A stretch of DNA of 64,000 nt from Chania sp. (GCA_049288585.1 JBAQHZ010000547.1:611-64610), one strand, 5' to 3'. Numbered from the stretch's first letter, positions 48,168 through 60,400 are shown. Notes: a model not told the origin generated them from the sequence alone. Numbers and translations: made by a program.

Positions 48168-49139
48168 ATGAACCTAGAACAAATTACTGAGTTAACCGCG
48201 CAAGATATGGCGGCCGTGAACGCAACAATTCTCGAACAGTTGAATTCCGATGTCACGCTCATCAATCAACTTGGCTATTACATTATCAGCGGTGGCGGTA
48301 AGCGCATTCGTCCGATGATCGCCGTGCTGGCGGCGCGGGCGCTGCGCTATCAGGGTGATAAGCATATTACCGTGGCAGCCCTGATCGAGTTCATTCACAC
48401 CGCCACGCTGCTACATGATGACGTGGTGGATGAATCCGATATGCGCCGTGGCAAGGCTACCGCCAATGCAGCGTTTGGCAATGCGGCCAGCGTACTGGTT
48501 GGAGACTTCATCTATACCCGAGCTTTTCAGATGATGACCAGCCTGGAATCGCTGCGCGTGCTGGCGCTGATGTCTGAGGCCGTCAACGTGATTGCCGAAG
48601 GCGAAGTGCTGCAATTGATGAACGTGCACGACCCTGACATTACTGAAGAAAGCTACATGCGGGTGATCTACAGCAAAACCGCCCGCCTGTTTGAAGCAGC
48701 AGCCCAGTCATCGGGCATTCTTGCCGGTGCCAGTGAGGCAGAAGAAAAAGCACTGCAGGACTATGGCCGCTATTTGGGTACCGCGTTCCAGTTGATCGAC
48801 GATCTGCTCGATTACAGTGCCGATGGGGTAACGCTGGGCAAAAATACCGGTGACGATCTTAATGAAGGCAAACCCACGCTGCCTTTACTGCACGCTATGC
48901 ATAATGGCAATACAGAACAGGCAGCGATGATCCGCACAGCCATTGAGCAGGGGAATGGCCGCCATCTGCTGGAGCCGGTTCTGGCCGCCATGGAGGCGTG
49001 TGGTTCTCTGACCTACACCCGCCAACGCGCAGAAGAAGAAGCGGACAAAGCGATTGCTGCGTTGCAGGTGCTGCCGGAGTCGCCACATCGTGCAGCGCTC
49101 GAAGGATTAGCACATCTGGCCGTTCAGCGCGATTTTTAA
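48168..49139 (+). CDS. ispB: Octaprenyl-diphosphate synthase
   Basis: 323-aa ORF with DDVVD and DDLLD aspartate-rich motifs. It is collinear with E. coli IspB and divergent from rplU. Confidence 0.95.
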   Translation: MNLEQITELTAQDMAAVNATILEQLNSDVTLINQLGYYIISGGGKRIRPMIAVLAARALRYQGDKHITVAALIEFIHTATLLHDDVVDESDMRRGKATANAAFGNAASVLVGDFIYTRAFQMMTSLESLRVLALMSEAVNVIAEGEVLQLMNVHDPDITEESYMRVIYSKTARLFEAAAQSSGILAGASEAEEKALQDYGRYLGTAFQLIDDLLDYSADGVTLGKNTGDDLNEGKPTLPLLHAMHNGNTEQAAMIRTAIEQGNGRHLLEPVLAAMEACGSLTYTRQRAEEEADKAIAALQVLPESPHRAALEGLAHLAVQRDF

Positions 49140-49400
49140 GAAACACCCCTTTCCTAATATTCAAATAGGTCTGGATTCCAGGCCTATTAATTCTCTTCAT
49201 TAATGAGTTCCAGTGGAACAATCGATTAATGCCCGCCCGTTAGTCATACCATTCACTATGTGGTTGCCACACAAGAAAATTGTTCCGTGATAACTCAAGG
49301 CAGGCTTATTGACCAAAGAGAAGATAAAACGAAAGCCGCACTCAAAACACTTGGCCGCAGGAATACGGTGTTTGTGAAACACTTCACACAATGATTCGCG

Positions 49401-49754
49401 TTACTTGTTCTGCTCGGCAATCCACGCCAACAGGCTGCCGACGCCTTCGCGCATCAGGAACGCCATCACCTGCGCCCGCTCGCTGTCTGACAGGTGGTAG
49501 TAATATTCAATCCAGACCGCCAAAGGATCCTGCCGTTCCACCTCATAGGCCGCCGGTTCTTCCCGCAGTACCAACAATTTCCTCACGCCAGTCGGCAGGC
49601 TGTCGATATGATACTCCAACGCCTTTCCCTGCACGCCTTTACGACGGCGGCTGACCCAGCCTTCGCGCCGAGCCATCAGATTGATTCCCTGTGTAGAAGA
49701 AGGTAATCCTGCGATGCCTGTAAGCTCCTTGGCAGCAAACCACTCGTTTTTCAT
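49401..49754 (-). CDS. Small DNA-binding protein with a phage-Mu repressor/MuA-type N-terminal winged-HTH domain
   Basis: From the ATG at 49754 (or 49760): MKNEWFAAKELTGIAGLPSSTQGINLMARREGWVSRRRKGVQGKALEYHIDSLPTGVRKLL.... By eye it aligns with the Mu c-repressor N-terminus as I remember it (WCSPQEIMAADGMPGSVAGVHYRANVQGWTKRKKEGVKGGKAVEYDVMSMP). Confidence 0.7.
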   Translation of the reverse strand: MKNEWFAAKELTGIAGLPSSTQGINLMARREGWVSRRRKGVQGKALEYHIDSLPTGVRKLLVLREEPAAYEVERQDPLAVWIEYYYHLSDSERAQVMAFLMREGVGSLLAWIAEQNK

Positions 49755-49882
49755 AGCCATTATCTCTGGACAATTGTGTGGCAAGACAAATTTTTCAGAA
49801 ACCATAAGATATTTTTTAGAAACTTAATGGTATTCTGATTTCCGAATAAGCGCTTCATGTTGTTCAAACGATTAATTCTGAC

Positions 49883-49904
49883 CTGTTAGTTATACCACTA
49901 ACAG
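49883..49904. promoter_or_regulatory. Perfect 8-bp inverted repeat with a 6-bp spacer upstream of sfsB (operator candidate)
   Basis: CTGTTAGT-tatacc-ACTAACAG lies 33 nt upstream of the sfsB ATG. Confidence 0.3.
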
Positions 49905-49936
49905 AACTTTCCCTAATCAAAAAAAGGAATGTAAAC

Positions 49937-50197
49937 ATGAATTCACGGAATCCAGATTGGCACCCAGCAGACGTAATAGCGGCATTAAAGAAGAGAGGGA
50001 CGACATTGGCAGCGGTTTCACGCGAGGCAGGGCTAAGCTCATCCACCCTCGCCAATGCGCTGTCACGCCCCTGGCCGAAAGGAGAATGGCTGATTGCCGA
50101 CGCATTGAATGTTCATCCTGCGGAAATTTGGCCAAGCCGGTATTTTGATCCGCACACGCAGCGTCTGCTGGATCGAAAAAGTCGTATCAAATCATGA
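49937..50197 (+). CDS. sfsB: Ner-like DNA-binding protein SfsB (Nlp)
   Basis: 86 aa. ...DWHPADVIAALKKRGTTLAAVSREAGLSSSTLANALSRPWPKGEWLIADALNVHPAEIWPSRY matches E. coli SfsB/Nlp and phage Mu Ner. Confidence 0.85.
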   Translation: MNSRNPDWHPADVIAALKKRGTTLAAVSREAGLSSSTLANALSRPWPKGEWLIADALNVHPAEIWPSRYFDPHTQRLLDRKSRIKS

Positions 50198-50204
50198 GAC
50201 AAAT

Positions 50205-50239
50205 AAAAAAGCCGCCGGACTGTTGTTCCGGCGGCTTTT
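50205..50239. terminator. Bidirectional terminator between sfsB and mdh
   Basis: AAAAAA-GCCGCCGGA-ctgttgt-TCCGGCGGC-TTTT. Confidence 0.8.
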
Positions 50240-50263
50240 GTAAAGCTAATCGAACTGGCGCTA

Positions 50264-51265
<1,002 letters not shown>

Positions 51266-51475
51266 TTATTACACCTTTAAAAACAACCTATTAACAGTCG
51301 GTTTTAGAGCTGGCGCAATAAAATGGCCGATGTCGCGATCATTTTAGATTAAATAGCTTACGCATTAAGGGCATAGCGCACACTAATCGAAAATAGTGCG
51401 AGGTTCTTCACGGGCGAGTTAACCGGCGGTTACATTACACCCTTACATAACATCAGAACAACATCATTTTAATAA

Positions 51476-52138
<663 letters not shown>

Positions 52139-52543
52139 TGCTATTCCGTTAACAAAATAGGGCTGACGGCCGTATTTTGTTAACGTTCTCTCGCCTTAAC
52201 GCTCGCGCCTCGACCTACTCCTCCATGTTTAAAACGGCTTCTTTACCGACTTACAGCACATTTCAATGACATTCTCGCGTGAGCAATCAGTAGTATCTGT
52301 GATATTCCGCACTTTTAGTCAAAAGCACTTAGCCTGTTGAAATTACATAAATTTAACATCAGCAGCTCATTTTATCATCGCTTTTTATTCCATTAGATTA
52401 TTAAAAATAGTGATGAACGAATAAAGTTTCACTGTAAATTGTTAGCGAGCTATTAATTTTTGTAGTTACTAGATGTATACTCATTTTCGTGACGTAAATC
52501 ACAGTTAATTGGAACTGATAAAAGAATACAAAGAGGATTAATC

Positions 52544-52807
52544 ATGAGAATTAAAACCACCGTTGCAGCAATCAGCCTTCTCTCTATGCTTTCTTTTGGC
52601 TCTTTTGCAGCACAATCCATTGATGCATCGCAGGCCGAAAAATTGCAATCCGTAGGTACCATCACCGTCAGCGGTGTCGGTGCAGCGCCTTCAGATATCC
52701 GTCAGGCGCTGTCTGCCAAAGCCGATGCCAAAGGGGCAACCGCGTATCGTGTGATCGAAGCACGCAACGAAGGTAACTTCCACGCCACTGCTGAAATTTA
52801 CAAGTAA
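52544..52807 (+). CDS. yhcN: YdgH/BhsA/McbA-family (DUF1471) small periplasmic stress protein, YhcN-like
   Basis: 87 aa with signal MRIKTTVAAISLLSMLSFGSFA. It contains ...VGTITVSGVGAAPSDIRQALSAKADAKGATAYRVIEARNEGNFHATAEIYK and sits after argR as E. coli yhcN does. Confidence 0.75.
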   Translation: MRIKTTVAAISLLSMLSFGSFAAQSIDASQAEKLQSVGTITVSGVGAAPSDIRQALSAKADAKGATAYRVIEARNEGNFHATAEIYK

Positions 52808-52911
52808 TCACTAAGAAAATGCATTTGCTGAACTGCCCTCGTCACTGCCGAGTTCTGAGATAAATGCCGGTTTCCTAGAAAACCTCGTCGTCCTATTCGA
52901 CGAACCCTATT

Positions 52912-52935
52912 GCCCTCGCTCGCGAGGGCTTTTTT
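52912..52935 (+). terminator. Rho-independent terminator of the yhcN-like gene
   Basis: GCCCTCG-ctcg-CGAGGGC followed by TTTTTT. Confidence 0.8.
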
Positions 52936-52943
52936 ATCGGCGT

Positions 52944-52965
52944 AAAAAAGGCCGCTTTCGCGGCC
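52944..52965 (-). terminator. Rho-independent terminator of mpl
   Basis: The minus strand reads GGCCGC-GAAA-GCGGCC followed by TTTTTT. Confidence 0.8.
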
Positions 52966-52992
52966 ATAACGTGATAGATGAGAGAAGTCTCT

Positions 52993-54372
52993 TCAGTAAG
53001 CTTCTTTCGGCTCGGCCTTTTTAGCCAAAGCTGCCAGCAGTTTGTCATGAATACCGCCAAATCCGCCGTTGCTCATCACCAGAATATGGTCACCTGGCTG
53101 CGCCGTTTTGACGATCATCTCCACCAGCGTCTCGAGATCGGCACTCCAATGCGCCGCTTGCACACAGGCATCAGCCACTTCGGCTACCTGCCAAGGGATG
53201 TGATGCGGCTGGAACAGGAACACTTCATCAGCGCGCCCCAACGAAGGGGCCAGATCGTTTTTGCTGATCCCCATCTTCATGGTATTGGAACGGGGCTCCA
53301 ATACCGCCAGAATACGCGCGGTGCCCCCCACTTTGCCACGCAGTGCGGCCAACGTGGCAAGAATAGCGGTAGGATGATGGGCAAAATCATCATAGACCGT
53401 CACACCGTTGGCTTCGCCACGCAGTTCCAGGCGACGGCGAGCATTGATAAAATCACCCAACGCGCGGCAGGCATCGGCGGGTTGTACGCCGACGTGACGG
53501 GTCGCCGCAATCGCCATCAGGCCATTATGCATATTGTGTTCACCCACCAGCGCCCAGTTAACCTCACCGACCTTATCGCCATTGAGGAAAACCTCGTAAT
53601 GGCTGGCATCTGGGGTCAGCTTGCGCGCGCGCCAAGCCCCCTCATCGCCGACCAATTCCTGCTCACTCCAGCATCCCATCGCCATCACCTGTTTCAGATG
53701 CGCGTCATTGTCCGGCAGAATGATTTTGCCTTTCCCCGGTACCAGGCGCACCAGGTGGTGGAACTGCTTCTGGATCGCTTTCAGATCGTCAAAAATGTCT
53801 GCGTGATCGAATTCCAGATTGTTCATGATCAGCGTTCGCGGGCTGTAATGCACAAACTTGGAGCGTTTGTCGAAGAAGGCACAATCGTATTCATCAGCCT
53901 CGATAACAAAGAACGGGCTGCCACCGAGACGGGCAGAAACATCGAAGTTACCCGGCACGCCACCAATCACAAAACCCGGCTGATAGCCGCAGGCTTCCAG
54001 GATCCAGGTCGCCATCCCGGCGGTGGTGGTTTTACCGTGCGTACCGGCCACCGCCAACACCCAACGATCGCGTAGCACCTGGTCGTGCAACCACTGCGGG
54101 CCGGAAACGTAAGGAATGCCACGTTCCAACACCGCTTCCACACAAGGATTTCCACGGGTCATCGCGTTGCCGATAATCACCAGGTCCGGTACAGGATCCA
54201 ACTGTGCCGGATCGTAACCCTGGATCAGATCGATCCCCTGATTTTCCAGCAGCGTGCTCATCGGAGGATAAACGTTGGCATCTGAGCCGGTAACCTCATG
54301 TCCAAGCGAACGCGCCAGCATTGCCAGCCCACCCATAAAGGTGCCGCAGATCCCAAGAATATGTATGCGCAT
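52993..54372 (-). CDS. mpl: UDP-N-acetylmuramate:L-Ala-gamma-D-Glu-meso-DAP ligase (murein peptide ligase)
   Basis: From the ATG at 54372: MRIHILGICGTFMGGLAMLARSLGHEVTGSDANVYPPMSTLLENQGIDLIQGYD.... It is collinear with E. coli Mpl. Confidence 0.95.
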   Translation of the reverse strand: MRIHILGICGTFMGGLAMLARSLGHEVTGSDANVYPPMSTLLENQGIDLIQGYDPAQLDPVPDLVIIGNAMTRGNPCVEAVLERGIPYVSGPQWLHDQVLRDRWVLAVAGTHGKTTTAGMATWILEACGYQPGFVIGGVPGNFDVSARLGGSPFFVIEADEYDCAFFDKRSKFVHYSPRTLIMNNLEFDHADIFDDLKAIQKQFHHLVRLVPGKGKIILPDNDAHLKQVMAMGCWSEQELVGDEGAWRARKLTPDASHYEVFLNGDKVGEVNWALVGEHNMHNGLMAIAATRHVGVQPADACRALGDFINARRRLELRGEANGVTVYDDFAHHPTAILATLAALRGKVGGTARILAVLEPRSNTMKMGISKNDLAPSLGRADEVFLFQPHHIPWQVAEVADACVQAAHWSADLETLVEMIVKTAQPGDHILVMSNGGFGGIHDKLLAALAKKAEPKEAY

Positions 54373-54544
54373 TAGGTTTCTCATTTGAGTGCATCGATTT
54401 AGTGCTTATTCTAACGCTCAGAATCGCCTAGAAGAAATGGATTTGCCTATGAATGGCGTAATGCTTTGGGCTACACTGGCTGACGATAAACGTTGGCGGT
54501 TTGTTAACAAACCGCTATCCATCCGTAGATTCAGGGATTGTGTC

Positions 54545-55549
54545 ATGAAAACGTTAGGCGAATTTATCGTCGAGAAACAGCACGACTTCTCTCACGCCAC
54601 CGGCGAGCTGACTGCACTACTTTCTGCAATTAAACTGGGCGCCAAAATCATCCACCGTGATATCAACAAGGCCGGTTTGGTTGATATTCTGGGGACCAGC
54701 GGCATTTCCAACGTCCAAGGCGAAGTTCAGATGAAACTGGACCTGTTCGCCAACGAAAAACTGAAAGCAGCACTGAAAGCACGCGGTGAAGTCGCGGGTA
54801 TCGCTTCTGAAGAAGAAGACGATATCGTCATATTCGACGGCGAGCGGGCTGAAAATGGCAAGTATGTGGTGCTGATGGATCCATTGGACGGTTCGTCCAA
54901 CATTGATGTCAACGTCTCAGTCGGTACGATTTTCTCGATCTATCGCCGTATCACACCGATCGGTATTCCTGTTACCGAAGAAGATTTCCTGCAGCCTGGC
55001 AGCGCTCAGGTTGCTGCCGGTTACGTGGTGTACGGCTCATCCACCATGCTGGTGTACACCACCGGTTATGGCGTGCATGCCTTTACTTACGACCCGTCTC
55101 TGGGGGTGTTCTGTCTCTCTCACGAGAAAGTGCGCTACCCGGAAAAAGCCTGTATGTATTCCATCAACGAAGGTAACTACATCAAGTTCCCGCTCGGGGT
55201 GAAAAAATACATCAAATACTGCCAAGAGCAGGATGAAGCGACGCAGCGCCCTTACACCTCACGCTATATCGGTTCACTGGTTGCCGACTTCCACCGTAAC
55301 CTGCTGAAAGGCGGTATCTACATTTATCCAAGCACCGCCAGCCACCCGCAAGGCAAGCTGCGCCTGCTGTATGAATGCAACCCGATGGCGCTCCTGGCTG
55401 AACAGGCCGGTGGCAAAGCCAGCGACGGCAAAAGACGCATTCTGGATATCGTGCCGGAAAAACTGCACCAGCGTGCCCCGTTCTTCGTGGGGACTAAATC
55501 GATGGTAGAACAAGCCGAGTGCTTTATCGCCGAGTTCCCAGACGAATAA
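54545..55549 (+). CDS. fbp: Class 1 fructose-1,6-bisphosphatase
   Basis: From the ATG at 54545: [50 protein letters not shown]... (334 aa). Confidence 0.95.
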   Translation: MKTLGEFIVEKQHDFSHATGELTALLSAIKLGAKIIHRDINKAGLVDILGTSGISNVQGEVQMKLDLFANEKLKAALKARGEVAGIASEEEDDIVIFDGERAENGKYVVLMDPLDGSSNIDVNVSVGTIFSIYRRITPIGIPVTEEDFLQPGSAQVAAGYVVYGSSTMLVYTTGYGVHAFTYDPSLGVFCLSHEKVRYPEKACMYSINEGNYIKFPLGVKKYIKYCQEQDEATQRPYTSRYIGSLVADFHRNLLKGGIYIYPSTASHPQGKLRLLYECNPMALLAEQAGGKASDGKRRILDIVPEKLHQRAPFFVGTKSMVEQAECFIAEFPDE

Positions 55550-55640
55550 GCCCTTTTCGGTTTTCCTGGCAGCGAGATCACTGCTGCCAGGATCCATGGC
55601 CTTGCCCACCAAAATCTCTGACCCTATGTATCGGCCGCTG

Positions 55641-56228
55641 TCAGCTTGCCGGAGCGCTGAAAACACGCTGTTGTATCCGGTTAACATCAACATCGCTCAG
55701 GTAGCGCGCAATGCCGCCATAATAGCTTTCGTGATAGCCGTATTCTGGTTTTCGCAATTCAGCCAGCACATCCGCTTTAGCGGCATGTTCAAACACCAAC
55801 CGATACATTGCCACAATCAGCCCGGTACGATCGCTGCCGTGCCAGCAGTGAACCAGCATCGGCTTCTGGGCAAAGCGAATTTCCCGCAGCGCACTGACCA
55901 CGATGTCATCATTGATAACCGCAGCGTTCATCGGCACCCGGCGCAGTAACAGATTTGTTCCCTTCGCTTCGCTGCCATCATCATTCCACTGACGAAGGTT
56001 GAGAACCGTTTTGATGCCGCTCTGCTCCAACGCCTGCATTTGCGCGGAATCAGGCTGGGCAGAACGGTATAAATCGGCGGAAACCTGATGGTAGTTTTGA
56101 GGCAGACCGAGAGCCGTGGCATTAACGGCCAGGCTACACATCAAGAGGGCTGACACTGCCAGTAATTGCACGTGGTTATATAAGTTCGAATTTCTTTTCT
56201 TTCCGCTGCGCTGCAACCTATCAATCAT
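55641..56228 (-). CDS. Secreted/periplasmic Cys-based (HCX5R) dual-specificity/tyrosine phosphatase-family protein
   Basis: ATG at 56228 with AGGGAG 8 nt upstream (the ORF-track start at 56234 is TTG). It has a signal-like LLAVSALLMCSLAVNATA, LYRSAQPD...GIKTVLNLR, and the P-loop VHCWHGSDRTG (HCxxGxxR). Confidence 0.75.
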   Translation of the reverse strand: MIDRLQRSGKKRNSNLYNHVQLLAVSALLMCSLAVNATALGLPQNYHQVSADLYRSAQPDSAQMQALEQSGIKTVLNLRQWNDDGSEAKGTNLLLRRVPMNAAVINDDIVVSALREIRFAQKPMLVHCWHGSDRTGLIVAMYRLVFEHAAKADVLAELRKPEYGYHESYYGGIARYLSDVDVNRIQQRVFSAPAS

Positions 56229-56491
56229 GACCAAACTCCCTTATCGGTTCTGTGGGTGCTTAATATACCTATACTTGGCGTATTTGACAGCGGGGGACGG
56301 TGCGGCAAGCGGCCTGTTAACACCATTGACAACAGAGATAACCCCCTCATACACAGACCAAACCATGCCTTTGCGGCTCAACCGGCGAAGCGAATAGAAC
56401 GCCGTTGTGTCTGAAAAATCGCAGTACTTTAAGAGTGTTTTGGCTATAATTAGCCACCACTCCATTTCTGGTTTGATTAAAGGAAACCGAC

Positions 56492-57019
56492 ATGAGCTTG
56501 AATCTGGTCCCTGCTGGCAAAGACCTGCCGGAAGACATCTACGTAGTTATCGAAATCCCGGCTAACGCCGATCCGATCAAATATGAAATCGACAAAGACA
56601 CCGGCGCGCTGTTCGTTGACCGTTTCATGTCCACTGCGATGTTCTATCCGTGCAACTACGGTTACATCAACCATACCCTGTCCTTGGACGGTGATCCGGT
56701 TGACGTGCTGGTGCCAACACCATATCCGCTGCAACCTGGTTCAGTGATCCGCTGCCGTCCGGTTGGCGTGCTGAAAATGACTGACGAAGCCGGTGAAGAT
56801 GCGAAGCTGGTTGCCGTACCGCACAGCAAGCTGACCAAAGAATACGATCACGTGAAAGACGTGAACGATCTGCCAGAACTGCTGAAAGCACAGATCACTC
56901 ACTTCTTCGAGCACTACAAAGATCTGGAAAAAGGCAAATGGGTGAAAGTGGACGGCTGGGCTGATGCTGCTGCTGCTAAAGCTGAAATCGTTGCCTCTTT
57001 CGAACGCGCCAAGAAGTAA
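56492..57019 (+). CDS. ppa: Inorganic pyrophosphatase
   Basis: 175 aa, [74 protein letters not shown].... Confidence 0.95.
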   Translation: MSLNLVPAGKDLPEDIYVVIEIPANADPIKYEIDKDTGALFVDRFMSTAMFYPCNYGYINHTLSLDGDPVDVLVPTPYPLQPGSVIRCRPVGVLKMTDEAGEDAKLVAVPHSKLTKEYDHVKDVNDLPELLKAQITHFFEHYKDLEKGKWVKVDGWADAAAAKAEIVASFERAKK

Positions 57020-57040
57020 TTCTTGCCCGTTCAGATGAAG

Positions 57041-57069
57041 AACGCCGCTCATTGAGCGGCGTTTTTTTT
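57041..57069 (+). terminator. Rho-independent terminator of ppa
   Basis: AACGCCGCTC-att-GAGCGGCGTT followed by TTTTTT. Confidence 0.85.
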
Positions 57070-57076
57070 ACTGCTT

Positions 57077-57418
57077 TTAGTCTAGGCGCTTCAGCCAGTC
57101 ACCACACTCAATCCGCGGAAAACCCTCTACGCTGTGCTTATACAGGTAGATCCACGCACTTCCATAAGGTGTCTGAATCAGTTCGCGCTTATAGTCCCTG
57201 GTATTACTTTTCAATTCGTCCAGCTCTGCCAGAATCGATGAGTTAATACGATACACTTCGCAATGTACCGTGCCCTCTCCAGGGATTGCAGCCGGGTAAT
57301 GGCCCAGATTATAAATCTGATAACCATCAAGCTCATGATCACCCAACCATTGGGCGTTAGTCATCCAATGGCTGTTGCCCTGCTTGCGTCGTAAACTGCC
57401 GTAAACAATGATTCGCAT
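57077..57418 (-). CDS. ytfP: Gamma-glutamylcyclotransferase-family protein YtfP
   Basis: 113 aa, MRIIVYGSLRRKQGNSHWMTNAQWLGDHELDGYQIYNLGHYPAAIPGEGTVHCEVYRI.... It lies directly downstream of tamB as in E. coli. Confidence 0.85.
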   Translation of the reverse strand: MRIIVYGSLRRKQGNSHWMTNAQWLGDHELDGYQIYNLGHYPAAIPGEGTVHCEVYRINSSILAELDELKSNTRDYKRELIQTPYGSAWIYLYKHSVEGFPRIECGDWLKRLD

Positions 57419-57421
57419 AGC

Positions 57422-60400
57422 TTAAAACTCAAACTGATAGAGCACATCCAGTGCTTGGTCAATGCCAGACACCGCTTCCAGATACAGCCTAGGCATCAGG
57501 CGGTATCGCAACGTCAGCGTGGCCAGCGAGTCGAATATCCCCACCCCATATTTTACTTGTAAGCCGGGGAGGACATAGCCGCTCACCACTACCTGAGAGC
57601 TGTCACCAACTCCCTCGGTATCAAGGGCCAAATTACTTACGCCAAACGCCTCGCCGATTTTACCCACAAGTTGACCACTTTGTGCAACCCCCATACCAAT
57701 TAACATTGAGGTCATGGCGTTGCCATCAGCACCGGTTGCACCCAAACCCTGGCCGCGCAACAGGTAAGACAGCGCTTCTTGCTGCGATAACGTCGGGTCA
57801 GAGAACACCTCCAGCCTTGGTGCATCGGCCATTCCGGTCACTCGCACCCCGGCGGTGACGCCATCCTGGGTGGCATCCGGGTTACGCACCGCTTCGATAT
57901 TCAACAATGGCTGATCGGGTGGGCCAGAAAACAGCAACTGGCCTTTGCGCACGATCAAATCCTGCCCGTAAGCGTGGAAGCGCCCCGATGGGATATCAAT
58001 ATGCCCGTTCAGCCCCAGACCATTCTGGTCCTGTATCACCCTCAGATTGCCGCGCAATACGGCTTTCAGGCCGAAGGCATCCAACCGCACGTCGTTGCCG
58101 ATGCGCACCATCAGATTACTGTTGATCGGGATCCCCGCCGTAGCCGGCTTAATCGGTTCCAACCGGTTATTGAGCATCACTTCATCACGGGAGATACCTA
58201 CTGCACTTTCCGGTAGTTCCTGCACCGTGATACGCGCCCAAGGAATATCAACTGAACCGTTAAGTGCGAACAGCTGCGGCGTGGCTTCAAACACCAGATC
58301 CGGTGAAACATCAATCCGCACCATTGGCGGTATCGTTACCCGTAGCTGATTACCTTTAGCCGCGATGCGCGCGCGCCAGGCATTGATATCATGCCAGTCA
58401 GCATCACCCGCCAAGTTCAGTTGCCCATGGGTGGTGCTGAGCAAACCTTCCAACGTTGAAGTCATCCCGTTGAAATTCACCGCCAGGCGGCCTTCGGTCA
58501 TATCAAACGGCATCCAGTGGCCGGTGATCATCGCCTTATCCAGCGCCAAACGGCCAAATACCAGCGGCCTCTGCGCGCTGCCACCCAACTGCAGATTGGC
58601 ATTCAGCATCCCCGAGGCTTTCTCGCCCTGTGTCAGCATCGGCTTCAGTAAATCCATCGAGATATTGGTGATGTTCACATTACCGCTGATATTACGGCGC
58701 ACCTGCGGATCGGTGATCTGAATGTTACCGTTGAACTGCCCATTGTTGACCAGCTTGATCAGCCAGTCAGCCTGCACGCGGCCATTGTTCATCCCCGCGT
58801 TGAGATTGAGCGTCTCAAACGCGATCGGCAGCGCGCTGCCCTGCATCTGCTGCACCACTTTCACGCTGTTACCCACCAGCGAGACTCGCGCCTGTGGTAA
58901 CGCACCGCCCGGTTGCCAACTGACATCCGCCCGGCCGCTGAATACGCCGCTCATCGCCGTGTCTGGGCCGAGGAACGGTTTAATCATCGCCAGATCAAAA
59001 CGATTGAGCACTACGCTGGCCTGGCCACTGGCCCCGGCTTCAATGGTTCTCGGCACGCACAGCTCAGCATTGGGGTTCTGCCAACAGTGCGGCCCAACGC
59101 TGACTCTCTGCTGCGCATTCAGGTAATCCAGCGCGATGGAGCGGGTCAAACGCCACTCACCTACCGGCGTGTCGAAGCGAGTATTGTTGAGCTCGCCGCG
59201 CCAACGCTGCTGCTGACGATCAAAACTACCGCTAAGCTGAAGTTGCCCGGAAACCGGCTTACCCTCAATATTCAATTGCAGCTGGTGTTGGCGCTCGCTG
59301 CCGCGCGCATCCAGCGTCAGCAGATTGACCTGTAATGCATCCTGCTTCAGTTGTTCCACCCGCACGGTTAACTGCCCCTGGATCTGGTCAGCCGAACGCA
59401 CATCGCCGTCCACTTTCACCCGGTTGATGTGCAACGCCTGCCATTGCAGGCCAAGCGCCGTCAGATCCGCCAGCAACTGCGGTGCCTGCAAGTTACCGCG
59501 CAGCTTGAGTTGGCCTCTGACCGTTCCTCCCAACCCTGGCAAAGCCCCATCCAGACGCGGTGCATCGATATTGGCATCCAGATTCCAGTTTTTCTCGTCT
59601 AGCTGGCCTTTGGCACTGAGCGTATTGCGCCCCAGCGCCACTTCGATACCGGGAATTCGCCACTGCCCGGCCGCATTGCCACTGAGTGTGCCACGGGCCG
59701 AGACTTTGTTTTGCTTCACATTGCCATCAAGCTGTAATACCGGCACCTGAAGTTGCCAACTGCCGCCATGCAAACTGCCACGGGTGGTGATTTTGCCCTC
59801 CAGCCGTGCTGGCCACTCCGGCCATTGTTTGGCGGTGTTGATACCGCTGAGCGTCAGTTGAGAGGTCCAGCTTATTGCCTTGCTCCAGTCCACCAGTGCG
59901 GTGAGATCGGTATTGCCCTGTAGCGCCGCCACGCGCAGGCGTTCGAGCCGGAACTGTGCCAGATTGCCTTTACCATCCAGCGTAATGACCGCCGGTGGCA
60001 GGTCCTGGCCCTGGAAATTGGCGCGGGTCGATAGCGCATAATCGGCGGCTTTGCCGTTGAGGCGCAGGCGCAAATCGTTGACCTGATACTGGGCCTCGCC
60101 GGTCAACGGCCATTTCAACCGCTTGCTTTGCAACGTCAAGGCCAACGGTAACCCGGCTTGTGCCAGTTGGGTTTGCGCATCGAGCTGCGCACTCACCGGG
60201 CCGGAGAGATTAAGCGCCAGTTTCAGCTCTTCACGCAGCGCACCACCGATGTTCAGCTTCACCTTTTCACCTTTCAGCGGATCGATGTTCAGCGCACTGT
60301 TGATCGTCATTTCTACTGGCCAGTTGCCAGTCAGCGTCGCCTGGCCTTTGGCTGAAAGCGACCCCTGTGGCGATTTCACGACAAAACTGTCGAGCTGAAT

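Noticed and set aside
49200-49391. 63-aa ORF with CxxC...CxxH-like residues
   Set aside because: It starts with TTG, has no RBS and no recognisable homolog. It is kept only as a low-priority note in the findings.
49401-50197. Possible Mu-like prophage
   Set aside because: Only the two small regulator genes are present. The flanks are core genes (ispB, mdh) with their own terminators, and there is no transposase, no recognisable ends and no structural genes.
52978-54075. 365-aa plus-strand ORF
   Set aside because: It is antisense to mpl and is a shadow ORF.
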